The notes under the pieces: model-generated | Told to the model about the DNA's origin: nothing | Databases searched by the model: none | Seen by the model: only the letters and a program-made list of their open reading frames with translations | Source of the DNA: Amoebidium appalachense | Lineage: Eukaryota; Protista; Ichthyosporea | Assembly: GCA_963693365.1 (NCBI GenBank) | Contig: CAVNZM010000018.1 | Location: 1,898,728-1,962,727 of the forward strand | Reading direction: 5' to 3' | DNA: 64,000 bases | Position numbers and translations under genes: made by a program | Shown here: positions 20,628-46,986 of the stretch, one piece after another | Layout of the letters: each line of letters opens with the position of its first letter | Position numbering within the stretch: position 1 is the first letter of the stretch

Positions 20628-20675
<48 letters not shown>

Positions 20676-21423
20676 TCCCCCTCCCTTCCCCTCCTCCGCC
20701 CGGCCGCCCGCCCGGCCGCCCGCCTGCCCCACCATTAAATTTTCCTTCCTTCGATCCGGGACTCCCCGAGGGGGCTAATCATGCGCATTTAGAGCATTTC
20801 GCATTAGTATTATTAGCATTGGCATCATTAGAATTCTCTTTGGCTCTGGTATTACTTTGTGTTGCTAGCCCTTATCATTCTTTATGGAAAGCCATTTTTG
20901 AAACACGCGTGTCCATCAACAACATCTCCCGTTCAACCTTACGCGACCCTCCAATCAAAGCGCACTTGTCTACGGTCTACTCCCCCCTCCCGTGTAAAGC
21001 GATCCCCGGCTCCATCACCATCACCAACCACTTAAACTTTTGCATCCATGCGGAAAAGAAAACCTCTGCGGTCTAGCCCCGACAACCGAAGCTGTACAAG
21101 GGTTGCATGCGCTGACTGTCGTGCCGCCATGTTTTCGATTAAGTTCGTGATAGAAACAGTGAGTGCGTGCATGTTGATGTCTGCAACGAATTTTGGGAAT
21201 TTTTGTGCATCGAGCTCTGTGCATAGCTCTGTGCCTACAGTAGGCAGTTGTATGGTGTGCTAATTACTGTGCTGTTTAGGTCTGTGTGTGATTCATTGGT
21301 GCGGGTGGTTGAAGACTTCACGTTATAATGTGCCTGTGACAGTGTTGGTGTACATGTGTGTACCTATAGGGGCCTTGACATATTTCTCTCTCTCTCTCTC
21401 TCCCCTTCTCTCTCTCTCTCTCT

Positions 21424-21526
<103 letters not shown>

Positions 21527-21611
21527 TCCCCTCCCTCCCTCCCTCTCTCTTGCCCCCCCTCCCTCCCCCCCTCTCCCTATCCAGGCTCTCTCCCTTCCTC
21601 CCTCCCTCCCT

Positions 21612-21664
<53 letters not shown>

Positions 21665-21794
21665 CCCCCCCCTACCCTCCGAGCCCCTCTCTCTCCCCCC
21701 CCCCCACCCCCTCCTTCCTTCCCTCTCCCTATCCCCCTCTCTCCCTCCCTCCCTCCCCTCCCTCTCTCTCTCCCTCTCTCTCTCTCTCCCCCTA

Positions 21795-21858
<64 letters not shown>

Positions 21859-22186
21859 CATTCACTCTCAGACTCTCTCTCTCCCTCCCACTCTCCCACC
21901 CACCCACCCACCCTCCCTATCTCTCTCTCTCAGCTCTCTCCCAGAGCTCTCTCTCCCCGAGTCTTTCAAGGCCCTTACTCTCTGGGTCGGAGGGATCCAT
22001 CCTTCCCACTCCCGCGCGCTCTTGAATCCCTCCCTCATTTCCCCCCTCTGCCGTCCTCTCGTGGTTGTGTGCGTACGACATGTAGAGGGGTTGAGCTATG
22101 TTTGAGTCGGTGTAGGGTGGGCCCCTCCATGGGAAGAAGGGAGGTGGGGAGAGAGGGGCGGATGGGGTGGTGGTGGTGGTGTGTGT

Positions 22187-22217
<31 letters not shown>

Positions 22218-22934
22218 GGAAGACTGACCTTTTCTCGGAGCACGGATATGTATAGTGCATGGAAGGGATAAACGTTGAGTCAATGTTTACATTTTATCTA
22301 TTATAATTGATTATCAATTACATGCAGTACTAGTGGCACACTAATATTACTCGAGCTCACGAATAATTAATTAACTTGCTCGTTCTTTCTAAATTTATGA
22401 TGACCAAACATTTATATCAAATCTGGTATACAAAAAATAGTTGCAGGTATAAGACAGCAAATCACGAGACTTATAAACATATCCGTGATGAAGCCCGACC
22501 AAAAGACGAGCTGAAGTAAGACTAATGAACTTGTTTAGTTGGTTAGATAAAAATAAAACTAGTTCAATTCCTTAGACAAGAACTACTAAGCTCATGTTCC
22601 TGTTGCTGCGAAAATAAAAAGATGTGCAAACAATTAAGAAAATATATATCTACTAGATTAACCTTTCATACAATGAGTTAACAAAAATAATGCTCGTCAA
22701 GGAAGTTAGCAATTGCGGGTATAAATTTTTCTTAACTATCGCATCCGTTTCAGCCACAATACACCGTGAAATATTTACACGTTTCGGCTCTATCTGCATT
22801 GTTATTGGCTCGCGTTTAATATGGCTTTCTTGCAGTCTCCGTCTACGAATTCTTTGAATTTTTAAACAGCCAATGTTCATTCAGGAAGAAACTTCGGTTA
22901 AAAAAGTCAAAATCCCATCTGTCCGCAGCGCTCG

Positions 22935-24450
<1,516 letters not shown>

Positions 24451-24489
24451 AACATTTAATCACTTTAGTGCACCAATCACACCTCTGCG

Positions 24490-26600
<2,111 letters not shown>

Positions 26601-26615
26601 GTCTCTCCAGGTGAA

Positions 26616-26705
<90 letters not shown>

Positions 26706-26762
26706 CAGCTGTATTTAGGACAATGTGTGCACTTATTAGTTGGAGGATGGATGCAGGCCGAC

Positions 26763-26794
<32 letters not shown>

Positions 26795-27717
26795 AGCCAC
26801 CACCACCACCAACACCCGCGCACATACACACACCATGTACAGAAATATTCCTGGAGGGACCTCGTTCTTACATTTCTCAACGCGATTCTCCCAGTCGCCT
26901 TTGCCCCAGCCATATTTCACCTTAGATATATTATCCCACTACATGGATATTTCGAGATTCGGAATTTCCGATGGGTTGGTTTTCACACACTCAAACCGAA
27001 ATAGTTCGGCTCGAGGTGGCTTTATCGAACACTCTTTCTTCTTTTTTTGCCCTCCTACATTCTTCAGCTGCAGTGGGGCAGCATCGTATTGGTTCAGAAC
27101 AGAGAGCATGATGCCGCCAACCAATCGGCGTCATTTGAATCACGTTCTTTGGAGGAGGGCAACTTGAGCCGATTTATTGTTCTTCAGTACATATTTGTCG
27201 GCTGTTCGGTGTTAATCTCGCTTGCAGTGATATACCAGCGAGATATTTTTTAAAATTCAACGTGCATGGGGTGTTTGCGTCTTTCATCTACATTTTGGCA
27301 AGAGTGGCTCTACATTTGCTGGTAGGCAGACCCCCCCCCCCCCCCTCCCCCCCCTTTCTCCCCAGCTCCCTTTCCCCCCTTAAAACCCCTCGTAGTGAAC
27401 CATTCTCTTTCCTACTGAACTCAGCGGGTTCACTACCTCTGCCTATGCCTATTGCTGCCCCCTTCCCTCCCCCTCCGAATCCCCCCCTCCCCCTCCTGCC
27501 CCCCTCGCTTCCCGCTCCGAGCCCCCCCTCTCCCCCCTCTCCCCCCTCCCCTCCTTAAACATGGGTACTGTGGATGGGGGTTCTGACCGGCAAAATGTGA
27601 ACAAATCATTCAAATATATCGATTTCTCCCCCTTTCCCCCTCCTCCCACACACACACATACACACACACACACACGCGCGCGCACATATTCGGATATATA
27701 TCCGAATACTATATATG

Positions 27718-27763
<46 letters not shown>

Positions 27764-27784
27764 CATATCATCATGATATATATA

Positions 27785-27842
<58 letters not shown>

Positions 27843-27967
27843 CGGTTCCAAAAATTATGGTTTGAATTCGGGGTTTCCCTTTTTTGTAAAACTTTTGCAT
27901 ATATTATATTTTGGTATCTCCTCGATATATCAAACCCTCTTAATGCGTGCATTCTCCCCGCATCCCT

Positions 27968-27998
<31 letters not shown>

Positions 27999-28385
27999 CC
28001 CCGCCCACCTACCACTCCACCCCACCCAACCCATGACCATAACCACCGTCAGCACTTCTAGACCGTAAGAAACGAAAGACACCCCCCCCCCCCCCCCCCC
28101 CCCCCCCAACACACCTCCCCCCATTCCCTCCTCCTCCCCTCCCCCCCCCCCCCCCCTCCCCCCTTCCCCCCCTTCCCCCCCTTCCTGGGAATACGACATT
28201 TCGATCAAACATCATTGAAGAATACGACATTTTGATCAAACATCATCAGGGAATACGACATTTAGATCAAACATTGGAATACGACATCTGGATCAAACCT
28301 GAGAAGGCGACATTTTGATCAAGCATGGGAATACGACAACTGGATCAATCATGGGACTACGACATTTAGATCAAACATGGGAGTA

Positions 28386-28629
28386 CAGGACTCGACCATG
28401 TTTAAGATTACGTGAATTTTGGGTCTAGCCAGCTGGAATCTTAATTTTTGGACCCCTAGCCTCCCCTAGCCTACACAATCTTAAATTTATCAACCCCCCC
28501 CCCCCCCCCCCCCCCCCAACACACACACACACACACACCTCACCACCACCACCACCACCACCACCACTTACACACACACACACACACAACCATCATCACC
28601 GCCTCCCGCGCGCGCGCGGGGGGGGGGGG

Positions 28630-28664
<35 letters not shown>

Positions 28665-29793
28665 ACGTGTAAGTCTTCAAACACAACTGTACTTGCAATA
28701 TGTATGTTATTATTGCACCGCCGCCAAGGCGAGCAAGCATAGACAACATAGGAACTCCATATAGATATAATAAATCCGGGAGTTACAGATGCTCTCAGGT
28801 CATGCTACTACACAGGACATCCAACCAAGGTTCATTTATTATTGACGATCAGCTACATAGAAAAAACAATGTTTATTTAAAAATTAAAATTATCTTAAGA
28901 CGATCATCGCTCGTTTTGCACTTGCAGCGCTTCTCGTGCGAAGCCATAGCCGGGCCGTGGCTTGTTTTGAACGTGCACCCCTGTTTCGCATACATGCACG
29001 TATAAGCGCTTTTCTCAACGCGCTCAATTCTAACTACTTCCTCTGCTCCTCTTTCGAGATGAATGTACCCTTTGACTTTGCCGTTTTGGTCCCGTTGTTT
29101 TATGCGTGTGTTTGTTATCTGATAAATACTCACTTTCTTGGTGGAGGAGGAAGAGACGGTATTTGGCCTGGAGAGTGTTTCGTTGGCTGCAGCTGGGGGC
29201 CCGGTGGCTGGGCTGGCCATAGTGACTGTGTCTGTGCGCGTATTTGTGTGGGTTGTGCGTGTGTGTAGCGAGGGGTCGGCCGAAGCCACCGTAGCATCCG
29301 TACTAACAGTTGCAGTTGCTAAAACTGTGGATATTAGTTCCTGCTTTAAATCATCGACAGCATCATCAATCTTTGCGGAAAAATCATTCTTTATCTTTTT
29401 TGCAGCCTTATCCAGTTCACCTATACAGTCAAAAACACTAGCTAGCCTGGTATGGCCGTTCCCCCCGTTTAGGGCGGACATTTTCCTGGCTCATTAAATA
29501 CTAAGAAAGAGTAGATCTCGGAAAGATGTTACGAAAGTTCGAGGTGGAAATAAAAAGGTGATACTAAGCCGCACCGTCAGACCGTGTGCACACCGTGCTG
29601 ACTGAGACCTTGATGCATGCAAGTGCCCGGCGCCAGCCGGCCGGTAGCGGCTGGGCCACTGATTGGCCCAAAAGCCCGCCCTTTTCATGATTACCCGCTA
29701 TCAAGATCTAAGGTAAAATAAAATAATAATAAAAAAAAATAAAAAAAAATAAAATAAAAAAAAAAGACCGATGGTGTGTGTGCGTGTGCAAGG

Positions 29794-29849
<56 letters not shown>

Positions 29850-29966
29850 CTAGCGAAAAATCTTAGAGGTAGACAGGAAGGTCCAGCCGGCTAGAATCTT
29901 AAATTTTCAAAAATTTCTAGCGCTACAATCTTAAATTAGGATAATCTTAATTCTGGTCGAGTCCTG
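28386..29966. mobile_element. 1.58-kb DNA transposon derivative with 25-bp imperfect TIRs and a TA target-site duplication
   Basis: Left end CAGGACTCGACCATGTTTAAGATTA; reverse complement of the right end CAGGACTCGACCAGAATTAAGATTA. TA at 28384-85 and 29967-68. It splits one minisatellite unit (GGGAGTA|CGACATTT). Subterminal AATCTTAA repeats are present. Confidence 0.88.
28873..29481 (-). CDS. 202-aa ORF inside the TA transposon with a C-terminal C-X5-C-X12-H-X3-C zinc-finger-like motif; probably a partial gene
   Basis: ATG-initiated, non-repetitive ORF containing YTCMYAKQGCTFKTSHGPAMASHEKRC. No DDE motif is visible. Confidence 0.55.
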   Translation of the reverse strand: MSALNGGNGHTRLASVFDCIGELDKAAKKIKNDFSAKIDDAVDDLKQELISTVLATATVSTDATVASADPSLHTRTTHTNTRTDTVTMASPATGPPAAANETLSRPNTVSSSSTKKVSIYQITNTRIKQRDQNGKVKGYIHLERGAEEVVRIERVEKSAYTCMYAKQGCTFKTSHGPAMASHEKRCKCKTSDDRLKIILIFK

Positions 29967-30546
29967 TACGACATTTAGATTAAACATGGGAATTCGACAT
30001 TTAGATCAAACATGGAAATACGACATTTATGTAGATCAAACCTGAGAATACGACATTGATTTTGATCAAACATGGGAATACGACATTTAGATCAAACATG
30101 GGAATACGACATTTAGATCAAACATGGGAATACGACATTTAGATCCGATGACATGGGAATACGACAATAATTTTAATCAAACATGGGAATATGATATCTT
30201 GATGAGGCCGGTGCTTTTGGTCAAAGCTAGGGAAACGAGGTTCATGATTTAGAAATATTGCTGAATTTGTCTCGACCTGAATGATCAAACTTAGAATCCG
30301 ACATTTATCAGTTGATCTAAACCGGGAACACGATTTTTTGGTCAATCAGAAATTTTATCATTAAAGCTGTAACAACACTGTTTCGACCAATCATGAGCCA
30401 CGAAACTGGCGTACAAAGCCGTTTCGTTTGTTACAATATCTACTCTCACACACTCACACTCCCATGCAGGAACACATTCACGCGCACACGCACACAGTGT
30501 CAAACACATGCGCACGCACGCGCACGCGCACGCGCACACACCCACA

Positions 30547-30662
<116 letters not shown>

Positions 30663-30692
30663 GCACACACACAAACACACACACACACACAC

Positions 30693-30745
<53 letters not shown>

Positions 30746-30893
30746 TTGCATGTCACAGTGTTACGCACCTACACGTGCGCGCACGCCTTACGCTCACAAC
30801 TGCAAACCCGTACACACCTGCAAAGGTAAATGCACCAACACACAAGCGTGCAGGCGCGTGCGAGGGCGCGCACGCACGCGCACACACACACAC

Positions 30894-30973
<80 letters not shown>

Positions 30974-31732
30974 CGCACACACACACACACACACACCGTA
31001 CACACAAACCTACAGAGTCTGGTCATCAATGCAACCGCCAGGTCCGACCTTCCCTTTCTTCTCGCCCTCATATCCGAAATTCTAACGCAGTTATCCACAT
31101 GGCAATGTGGTGGGGATATACCCGTGAAATTCCGCGAAAAACCACCAAACCCCACACGCACCATTCCAACCCTTCCCATATATACCTTGTCGGGGCATCA
31201 TGCAGTTGCCATCGAGCTGACCATACAGAAATCGCCAATAAATGATACTCAACCAATAGGACTCCGTAAAACGGAGAAACTAAAAGGGGGGCAAGAGGAT
31301 GTTGTGGTGGTGGATGCGTCAGTTGCAGGGTTGGAAAAGGATCCGGAAAAGGATCAATCTTCGGATTCGGGTCCAAGTGTGTGGAATGAGAGCGACCCCG
31401 GGTCATCTGGAAACTTTAGCATAGAAGTATGATTGGTGTGTTATATTTATAATTGTTTTAAAGCTTAGATCTGAACGGGGGAAATGTTGCAATGTTGCAG
31501 GTATATACGGTAGAATTATGTGTTACATGTTTGGTATTTTCGTAGACTCTGTTGAATATACGAGAACGCGCAAAAACATTAGGCCAACTTGAATTAGAAA
31601 AATACACGTACCATCCAGGAAGTAGCAAAAGCAGCGTAACTTGATATTTCTAATACACATGCAAACACTCTTTGTATCACTTTGTCATCATACTTTCAAC
31701 TTATTTCTGCAAACATCAACAAGAAATCACGT

Positions 31733-31814
<82 letters not shown>

Positions 31815-32828
31815 CGACAATATGCTATAAAAAACAGCACATCCCCCACACGCTATGTTAGCGTGGCACATGTGATACCGAATGAATGTCGTTTATTCTT
31901 TATACGAGAAATTCAAACTTGCGTTGCCGGGAGCTGACGGTCTGTACCCCTTGTGGTATGCACAGTGATAGCTTTGTAGTTTCACGTTAGTGAAAAATGG
32001 TTCTTAGGAATCCGGGTCGGGTCAGACTCTGTAAACGATTTATGCTTTGTGATTGGCTAGATACGCATCAAAAAGCGGTTTGGCCTGACCCGAAGGAGCC
32101 TATCAATCGGCCTAAAAGAAACCCCCTTTAACCGTGTTAATGACGTACACCCATTTATTCGAAATGACTGCAACCTCCCCCCCCCCCCCCCCCCCCCCCC
32201 CAAAGAAAAAAGCCATAGATATACACAAAATTGTACATGACATTATGTAGAGTTATTATAGCGATCAGATGTGACACTATGAGCCTAGGCCTAAACAAAT
32301 TTCTGCCTAAAAACTCGATTATGATATGGGAAAGGCCTATCTATAGCGGTTGGAAAAACATACATACAGGGCTGAATATAGTTCAAGAAATGGTAATGGC
32401 TACTATTACACCCCTAATCTTGATCAATCAATGCACCATGAGATAGAATTGGCTAGAACGTTAACTTAGCATTTCTCAGCTGATTATGTTTATGATCTAG
32501 TTCATTTGCAGGTGTGGGTTTTAATATCCTAAATTCCAGATTGCCTCAATAGTATTGATGAAATGAACAGGGTCCGAACGTCATTACATCAGCATGCCAA
32601 ACACATGTCTTATATACTATAATTCATGTGGTAGCTAAAATATAATCAGGCTTTTAATTTATCACTGTAGTATATATAAGGAATCAATCCATTAATTATA
32701 CATCTATCGAATCATGCGATTTACTATGTACATACTGGCAGCTCAACTATACCTCTCGTGTCCGGGGAGAGTTCTCACCTTCGATCGCGAATTCCTTGCT
32801 GTACTTGAACACGAAACAAAAAAACATC

Positions 32829-32891
<63 letters not shown>

Positions 32892-32895
<4 letters not shown>

Positions 32896-33196
32896 GGGGG
32901 TTTACGCTGTTTACTCGAGGCAAAGAGAGACCAGTCTCAGGTATGGGGGGTTTTTGCTCGGAACATATCCCCTCAGCGGTATATCATGATCACGTACATA
33001 GATGTCGGGTGATGACTATATATCAGGGTTTACTTTCTCTACGGGACACCATAAAGACTAAGAAAAATCAATTAGTTGGGGTTCCCCGTTTTTTTTTTTT
33101 TTTTTTTTTTTTTTTTTGGGGGGGGGGGGGGGGGGGGAGGGGGGGGGGGGGAGGGGGGGGGGGGGGGGCTCCCCTGGGACACTCGGTATCAGCTGG

Positions 33197-33291
<95 letters not shown>

Positions 33292-34253
33292 CGCTAGAAA
33301 TTTGTAATGATGTGTTTCTCAAGCCAATCAATACATCTAATAAACAGGTCGTAGTTACGCGTGTTTAGTATAAAATCAAGGATGTTGCAAATTACAGGTA
33401 GGCTATCTTTCTGGGTGTCTGTTGTGAATGTGACGTGTGTGTGTTGCGGTATTATGTGGTCTATCAAACTACATTTGGCGATACATGACCGTTTAAGCTG
33501 GTGTGTGTGTGTGTTGTTTGGGCATGCAAACGATGCCACCTTATACTTATTAGATCTCCACTGTATAGCACGTGTACAGTAAAAGCGTGGTAATTGATCA
33601 ATTATACCATCAGCTAGAGAAAGACCAGTTCTGCTGAGGAAGGTAATATGTATTTGGGTGTTATACATTTGCGAGTGCCATATTTGGCAATATGGTTAAC
33701 GGGGTCATTATATAAAAAACGAGACATTAGGCTTAGTATTCTAAGGTGTCTGCTTTCATCGGGTCTAGTGTCGTGTGGTATCTTTTTCCATTTGTTATAT
33801 TGCGTGATTATCTTGTGATTGTGTACATGTTTAATAAATAAGTGGCAGTCCAAAGTCACACGCACACTTTTGCGGGGTTTATTTGTATTTGTGCCCGGGG
33901 GAGAAGGAGAAAGAGAGGGAAGGAAAGAGGGGAGAGGTGAGGAGGGGACAGGTCGGATAGAGAAGAGAGGGTGGGAGGGCAAATACTTCTTTAAGCGGCT
34001 TATGTGCTTATTGAATTTCAGCGCGAGATGAGATACTTTAGCAGCTATTGGGACCAGACCATATATCGAGAGCTTTACAGGCCCACGTTTACAACAGTTG
34101 TTAGATAGAAAGGAGGCAACTTCTGCTTCAAGGAAATTTGCCAAGGGTTTAAGCGCTCTAGTTCTCTCTTTCTTGATCCAAGCGGCGAGAAGGGGTTAAA
34201 CATATTCACATGCCGGGAAGACAAAAGTGCGAACAAATGTAAGTCTAATAGAA
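32892..34253 (-). mobile_element. 5'-truncated, frameshifted copy of the same LINE (copy 2)
   Basis: The reverse complement matches ~1790-3090 with substitutions. The ORF is split into 33614..34144 and 33294..33668. The 3' end abuts a (TA)n tract and the 5' flank contains ATATAT. Confidence 0.93.
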
Positions 34254-35039
34254 AATATATATCTCCACATATGATGTCTATTTGATACGTTATATCTTAA
34301 CTTAAAATTTATATGATGTAAGTGTAACACCGATTTAAATTTTATTACATGTATATCTTGTTTGGTGGAAGTACTGTTGGCGTTGGTGCCGACAACTCAT
34401 CATATAGTCACCGACAAACAGCACATTCCCCCCCCCCCCCCCCCCCCCCCCCCCAGTGAAAATATTACCCCCCCAAAAAAATAAAAAAATCCCGTTTCAC
34501 AGACCGCCAGCGAATGCCATAGAACTTTCTTCTCCCCACTACAACACAGGTTGTAATAAAATTTCTATTCTAATTTTTATATTGAGCCTAATCAAGAAAC
34601 TGTTGGGAATGTATAGTGTGTGTTGTGGAGATAATACAGAAACTTGGAAATCCGGAACCGATTCCGGTAATAATCATACGCAAGGTACACATTCCTTGCA
34701 TGCCACCGTCGGCCGCAGATCTGCACGAACAGCACTGGCACACACGAAGTTCACTCAAAACAGAAGCTCACTCTCAGTGACATCTCTCACAATCATCCCT
34801 AGGACAAGAACACACGCACGCACGCAGATACGCACATGCACCAGTAAATACACACATCGTCTGTGTGTGTATTTGCTGCAAGCACACCGTGACATATGCC
34901 GATAGTGACACCTGCACATATTCACACACACACGCACACATGTACGTAAGTGTGTCACGTAGGGAGCCCCTACGTGTCTGACGACGTCGTGTGTACGCCG
35001 TGTGTTTCAGGTGTTTGTGTGTGTGTGCGTGTGTGTGTA

Positions 35040-35071
<32 letters not shown>

Positions 35072-35323
35072 TGTGTGTGCGTGTGTGTGTGTACGTGCTT
35101 GTGTGGAAGTGTGTGTGCTCATGGTGACTGTACTGTAACATGTGTGCGTGTGTGTGTGTGCGTTTTGTCGTGTCACAGTGTGCTTGTGTGTGTGTGTGCA
35201 ATTGTGCGTGTTTGTGTCGTGCTTCATGTGCGGGCGCCGCATGTCATCGGTGTGCAGTACTTAGTCTAGCGTGTCTATGTCTGCCTATATGTGTATGTGT
35301 GTGTGACGTGTGTGTGCGTGTCA

Positions 35324-35395
<72 letters not shown>

Positions 35396-35676
35396 CGTAT
35401 GTGTGTGCGTGTGCAGTGTGCGTGCAATGACATGGTATGTGACGTATGAAAGAGTGCTTTGTTTGTGTGCACGGTAGGCACACGTCACGGTGTATGGGTG
35501 TTGCATGTCTGTGTGTGTACACGTACGTGTCTGTCTGCAACAATGCAAATCCAGGGGAAGAATGTTCACGAAGCATGCAGGTATAACGGACGATAAAAAA
35601 TTCAGAGGCTGTGCTATTCAATGACTGTATGTAGGTAGTATCTTTAAAGCTTTGTTTCACTTTCAATGGTCAAATA

Positions 35677-36260
35677 GTTTAATTATTCTCGTTGAACAGG
35701 TAGTAGTTTTTCATTATTCTCGTTGAACACGTGGAGTAGTTTTTCATTATTCTCGTTGAACACGTGGAGTAGTTTTTCATTATTCTCGTTGAACACGGAG
35801 TAGTTATTCATTATTCTCGTTGAACACGTGAAGTAGTTTTTCATTATTCTCGTTGAACACGGAGTAGTTATTCATTATTCTCGTTGAACACGGAGTAGTT
35901 TTTCATTATTCTCGTTGAACACGGAGTAAATTTTCATTATTCTCGTTGAATACTATGAACACGTAGTAGTTTTTCATTATTCTCGTTGAACACTATGAAC
36001 ACGGAGTAGTTTTTCGTTATTCTCGTTGAACACTATGAACACGGAGTACATAGCTTTTCGTTATTCTCGTTGAACACTATGAACACGGAGTAGTTTTTCG
36101 TTATTCTCGTTGAACACTATGAACACGGAGTAGTTTTTCGTTATTCTCGTTGAACACTATGAACACGGAGTAGTTTTTCGTTATTCTCGTTGAACACTAT
36201 GAACACGGAGTAGTTTTTCGTTATTCTCGTTGAACACTATGAACATGGAGTAGTTTTTCT
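35677..36260. repeat. Minisatellite of 31-40-bp units, AGTAGTTTTTC[AG]TTATTCTCGTTGAACAC(TATGAACAC)GG
   Basis: About 16 head-to-tail units; the unit lengthens from left to right. Confidence 0.92.
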
Positions 36261-36341
36261 TACATTTCCCGGGCCAAGAAGTATTCACTGTATATATGTA
36301 CACTGCATAAAATTAACATTTAACAGTAATGATCAGTAACG

Positions 36342-36378
<37 letters not shown>

Positions 36379-36989
36379 TAATTTCCCTGCACATGTGCTC
36401 TGATATCACCCCTGATGATGTGACCCGAAAAAGTTTCCAAACTCATGTTACCTACTCGTGCTTGAACATTGAATATGTATGAAACTTTTTTTTATTTGGG
36501 GGGACAGGGATGGCAAACAAAAACAAAAAAAACAAAAAAACAAAAAAAAAAAACAGCAAATTCCAGAAAATCATGCCTTTTTCGAATAAATATAATTCAC
36601 ACGGCAAAGCTAGACTTTTCCATTATAATAAAAGTAGGCCCATGATGAAATGTTTCGTTTCCCTCAGGACTAAACATTTACTTGTTCTGTGAAAACATGA
36701 TGAATTTGTAGTAGATATATTTCAGATATGTATGTATATATATATATTCTATGAGCAAAACATGCACCCTTAGCAGCTCCTATTAGTAGGATCCCCCCCT
36801 CAAATTCCACATTTGCGGTATTCAAACCGTAACATAAAAACCCTATATCCAAGCTACACCACATCACCCAAGAAAACACTCAATTCCATAAGAACCTCTC
36901 CCCCCCTAGCTCCTCGAAGTTTCCGAGGCAACCACTTAGTTCAAACCCCAGGCATTCAACTTCATGGTCACCCTCCCAATCCATTTTAC

Positions 36990-37027
<38 letters not shown>

Positions 37028-37236
37028 ACCACCACCACCAAAACACGCACACACACCCAGCTCCACGCACCACAACAATTGCCCAGGCACGCATTCAGTC
37101 AAACCCCCACGAGTTCAATTTCACGATACCATTCTCCTCCCAGTTACGACATCTTTCAAACCCATGGGAAACCTGGCGTGGTTCCTTTAGAAGCCACCCC
37201 TTTCCCCCTCCATCCAAAAAGTTTCAGTGCATCCAT

Positions 37237-46344
<9,108 letters not shown>

Positions 46345-46446
46345 GGTTGATAGTTGATGCAATCTGAGGGTGTATAGGGGCGGCTGTTAGCAAATCGTTG
46401 AAGAAGTTGAAGTTGAGGATTGATGGTGTTGTGGTGTTGTGCGTGT

Positions 46447-46500
<54 letters not shown>

Positions 46501-46950
46501 GGCTGGGTGGGTAGGTTTTTTGTGTGCGTGTGCGTGTGTGCATGGTTCGGAAGGTAGGTAGGCGTGGGTTCGTGGTGAATTTGCGTGGTTTTGCTGAAAG
46601 GGAGAGGGTGGAAAGGGAGATCCAAGTCTGAATGTTGAGACTAAGAAAACGGCAAGGAGACCAAGTAGAGACGTGTGCTGGCTGAGGTAAGACACTTGCC
46701 CAATAGGCAGAAACTAAAGAATACAGGAAGTTTGAACGGTAGAGAGCTTCGTCAAAGGCCACCGAATAGAAGGGTGGCGGTGGGGGAAACGAGGGGGCGG
46801 GGGGGGAATGGGGAGGGAGAGAGGGGAGAGGAGAGTATTCGAAAAGTGCTTGGATAACTACCTAAAATCACAAAACCCACAAAAATTAAAGTATAAGAGA
46901 GTACTACTATATGGTGTTGGTAGCCAAACCTATGTAAGCCATGAGAAACA

Positions 46951-46986
<36 letters not shown>

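Larger units (their letters stand above)
28187..30190. repeat. ~26-bp minisatellite (GGGAATACGACATTTAGATCAAACAT), split into two arrays (28187-28385 and 29967-30190) by the transposon
   Basis: Tandem near-identical units on both sides of the insertion, with no unique spacers. Confidence 0.9.

Noticed and set aside
28187-30190. CRISPR-like or iteron-like 26-bp repeats
   Set aside because: No spacers; it is a simple minisatellite interrupted by a transposon.
35677-36260. CRISPR-like array (31-40-bp repeats)
   Set aside because: The units are head-to-tail with no unique spacers, there are no cas genes, and the context is eukaryotic.
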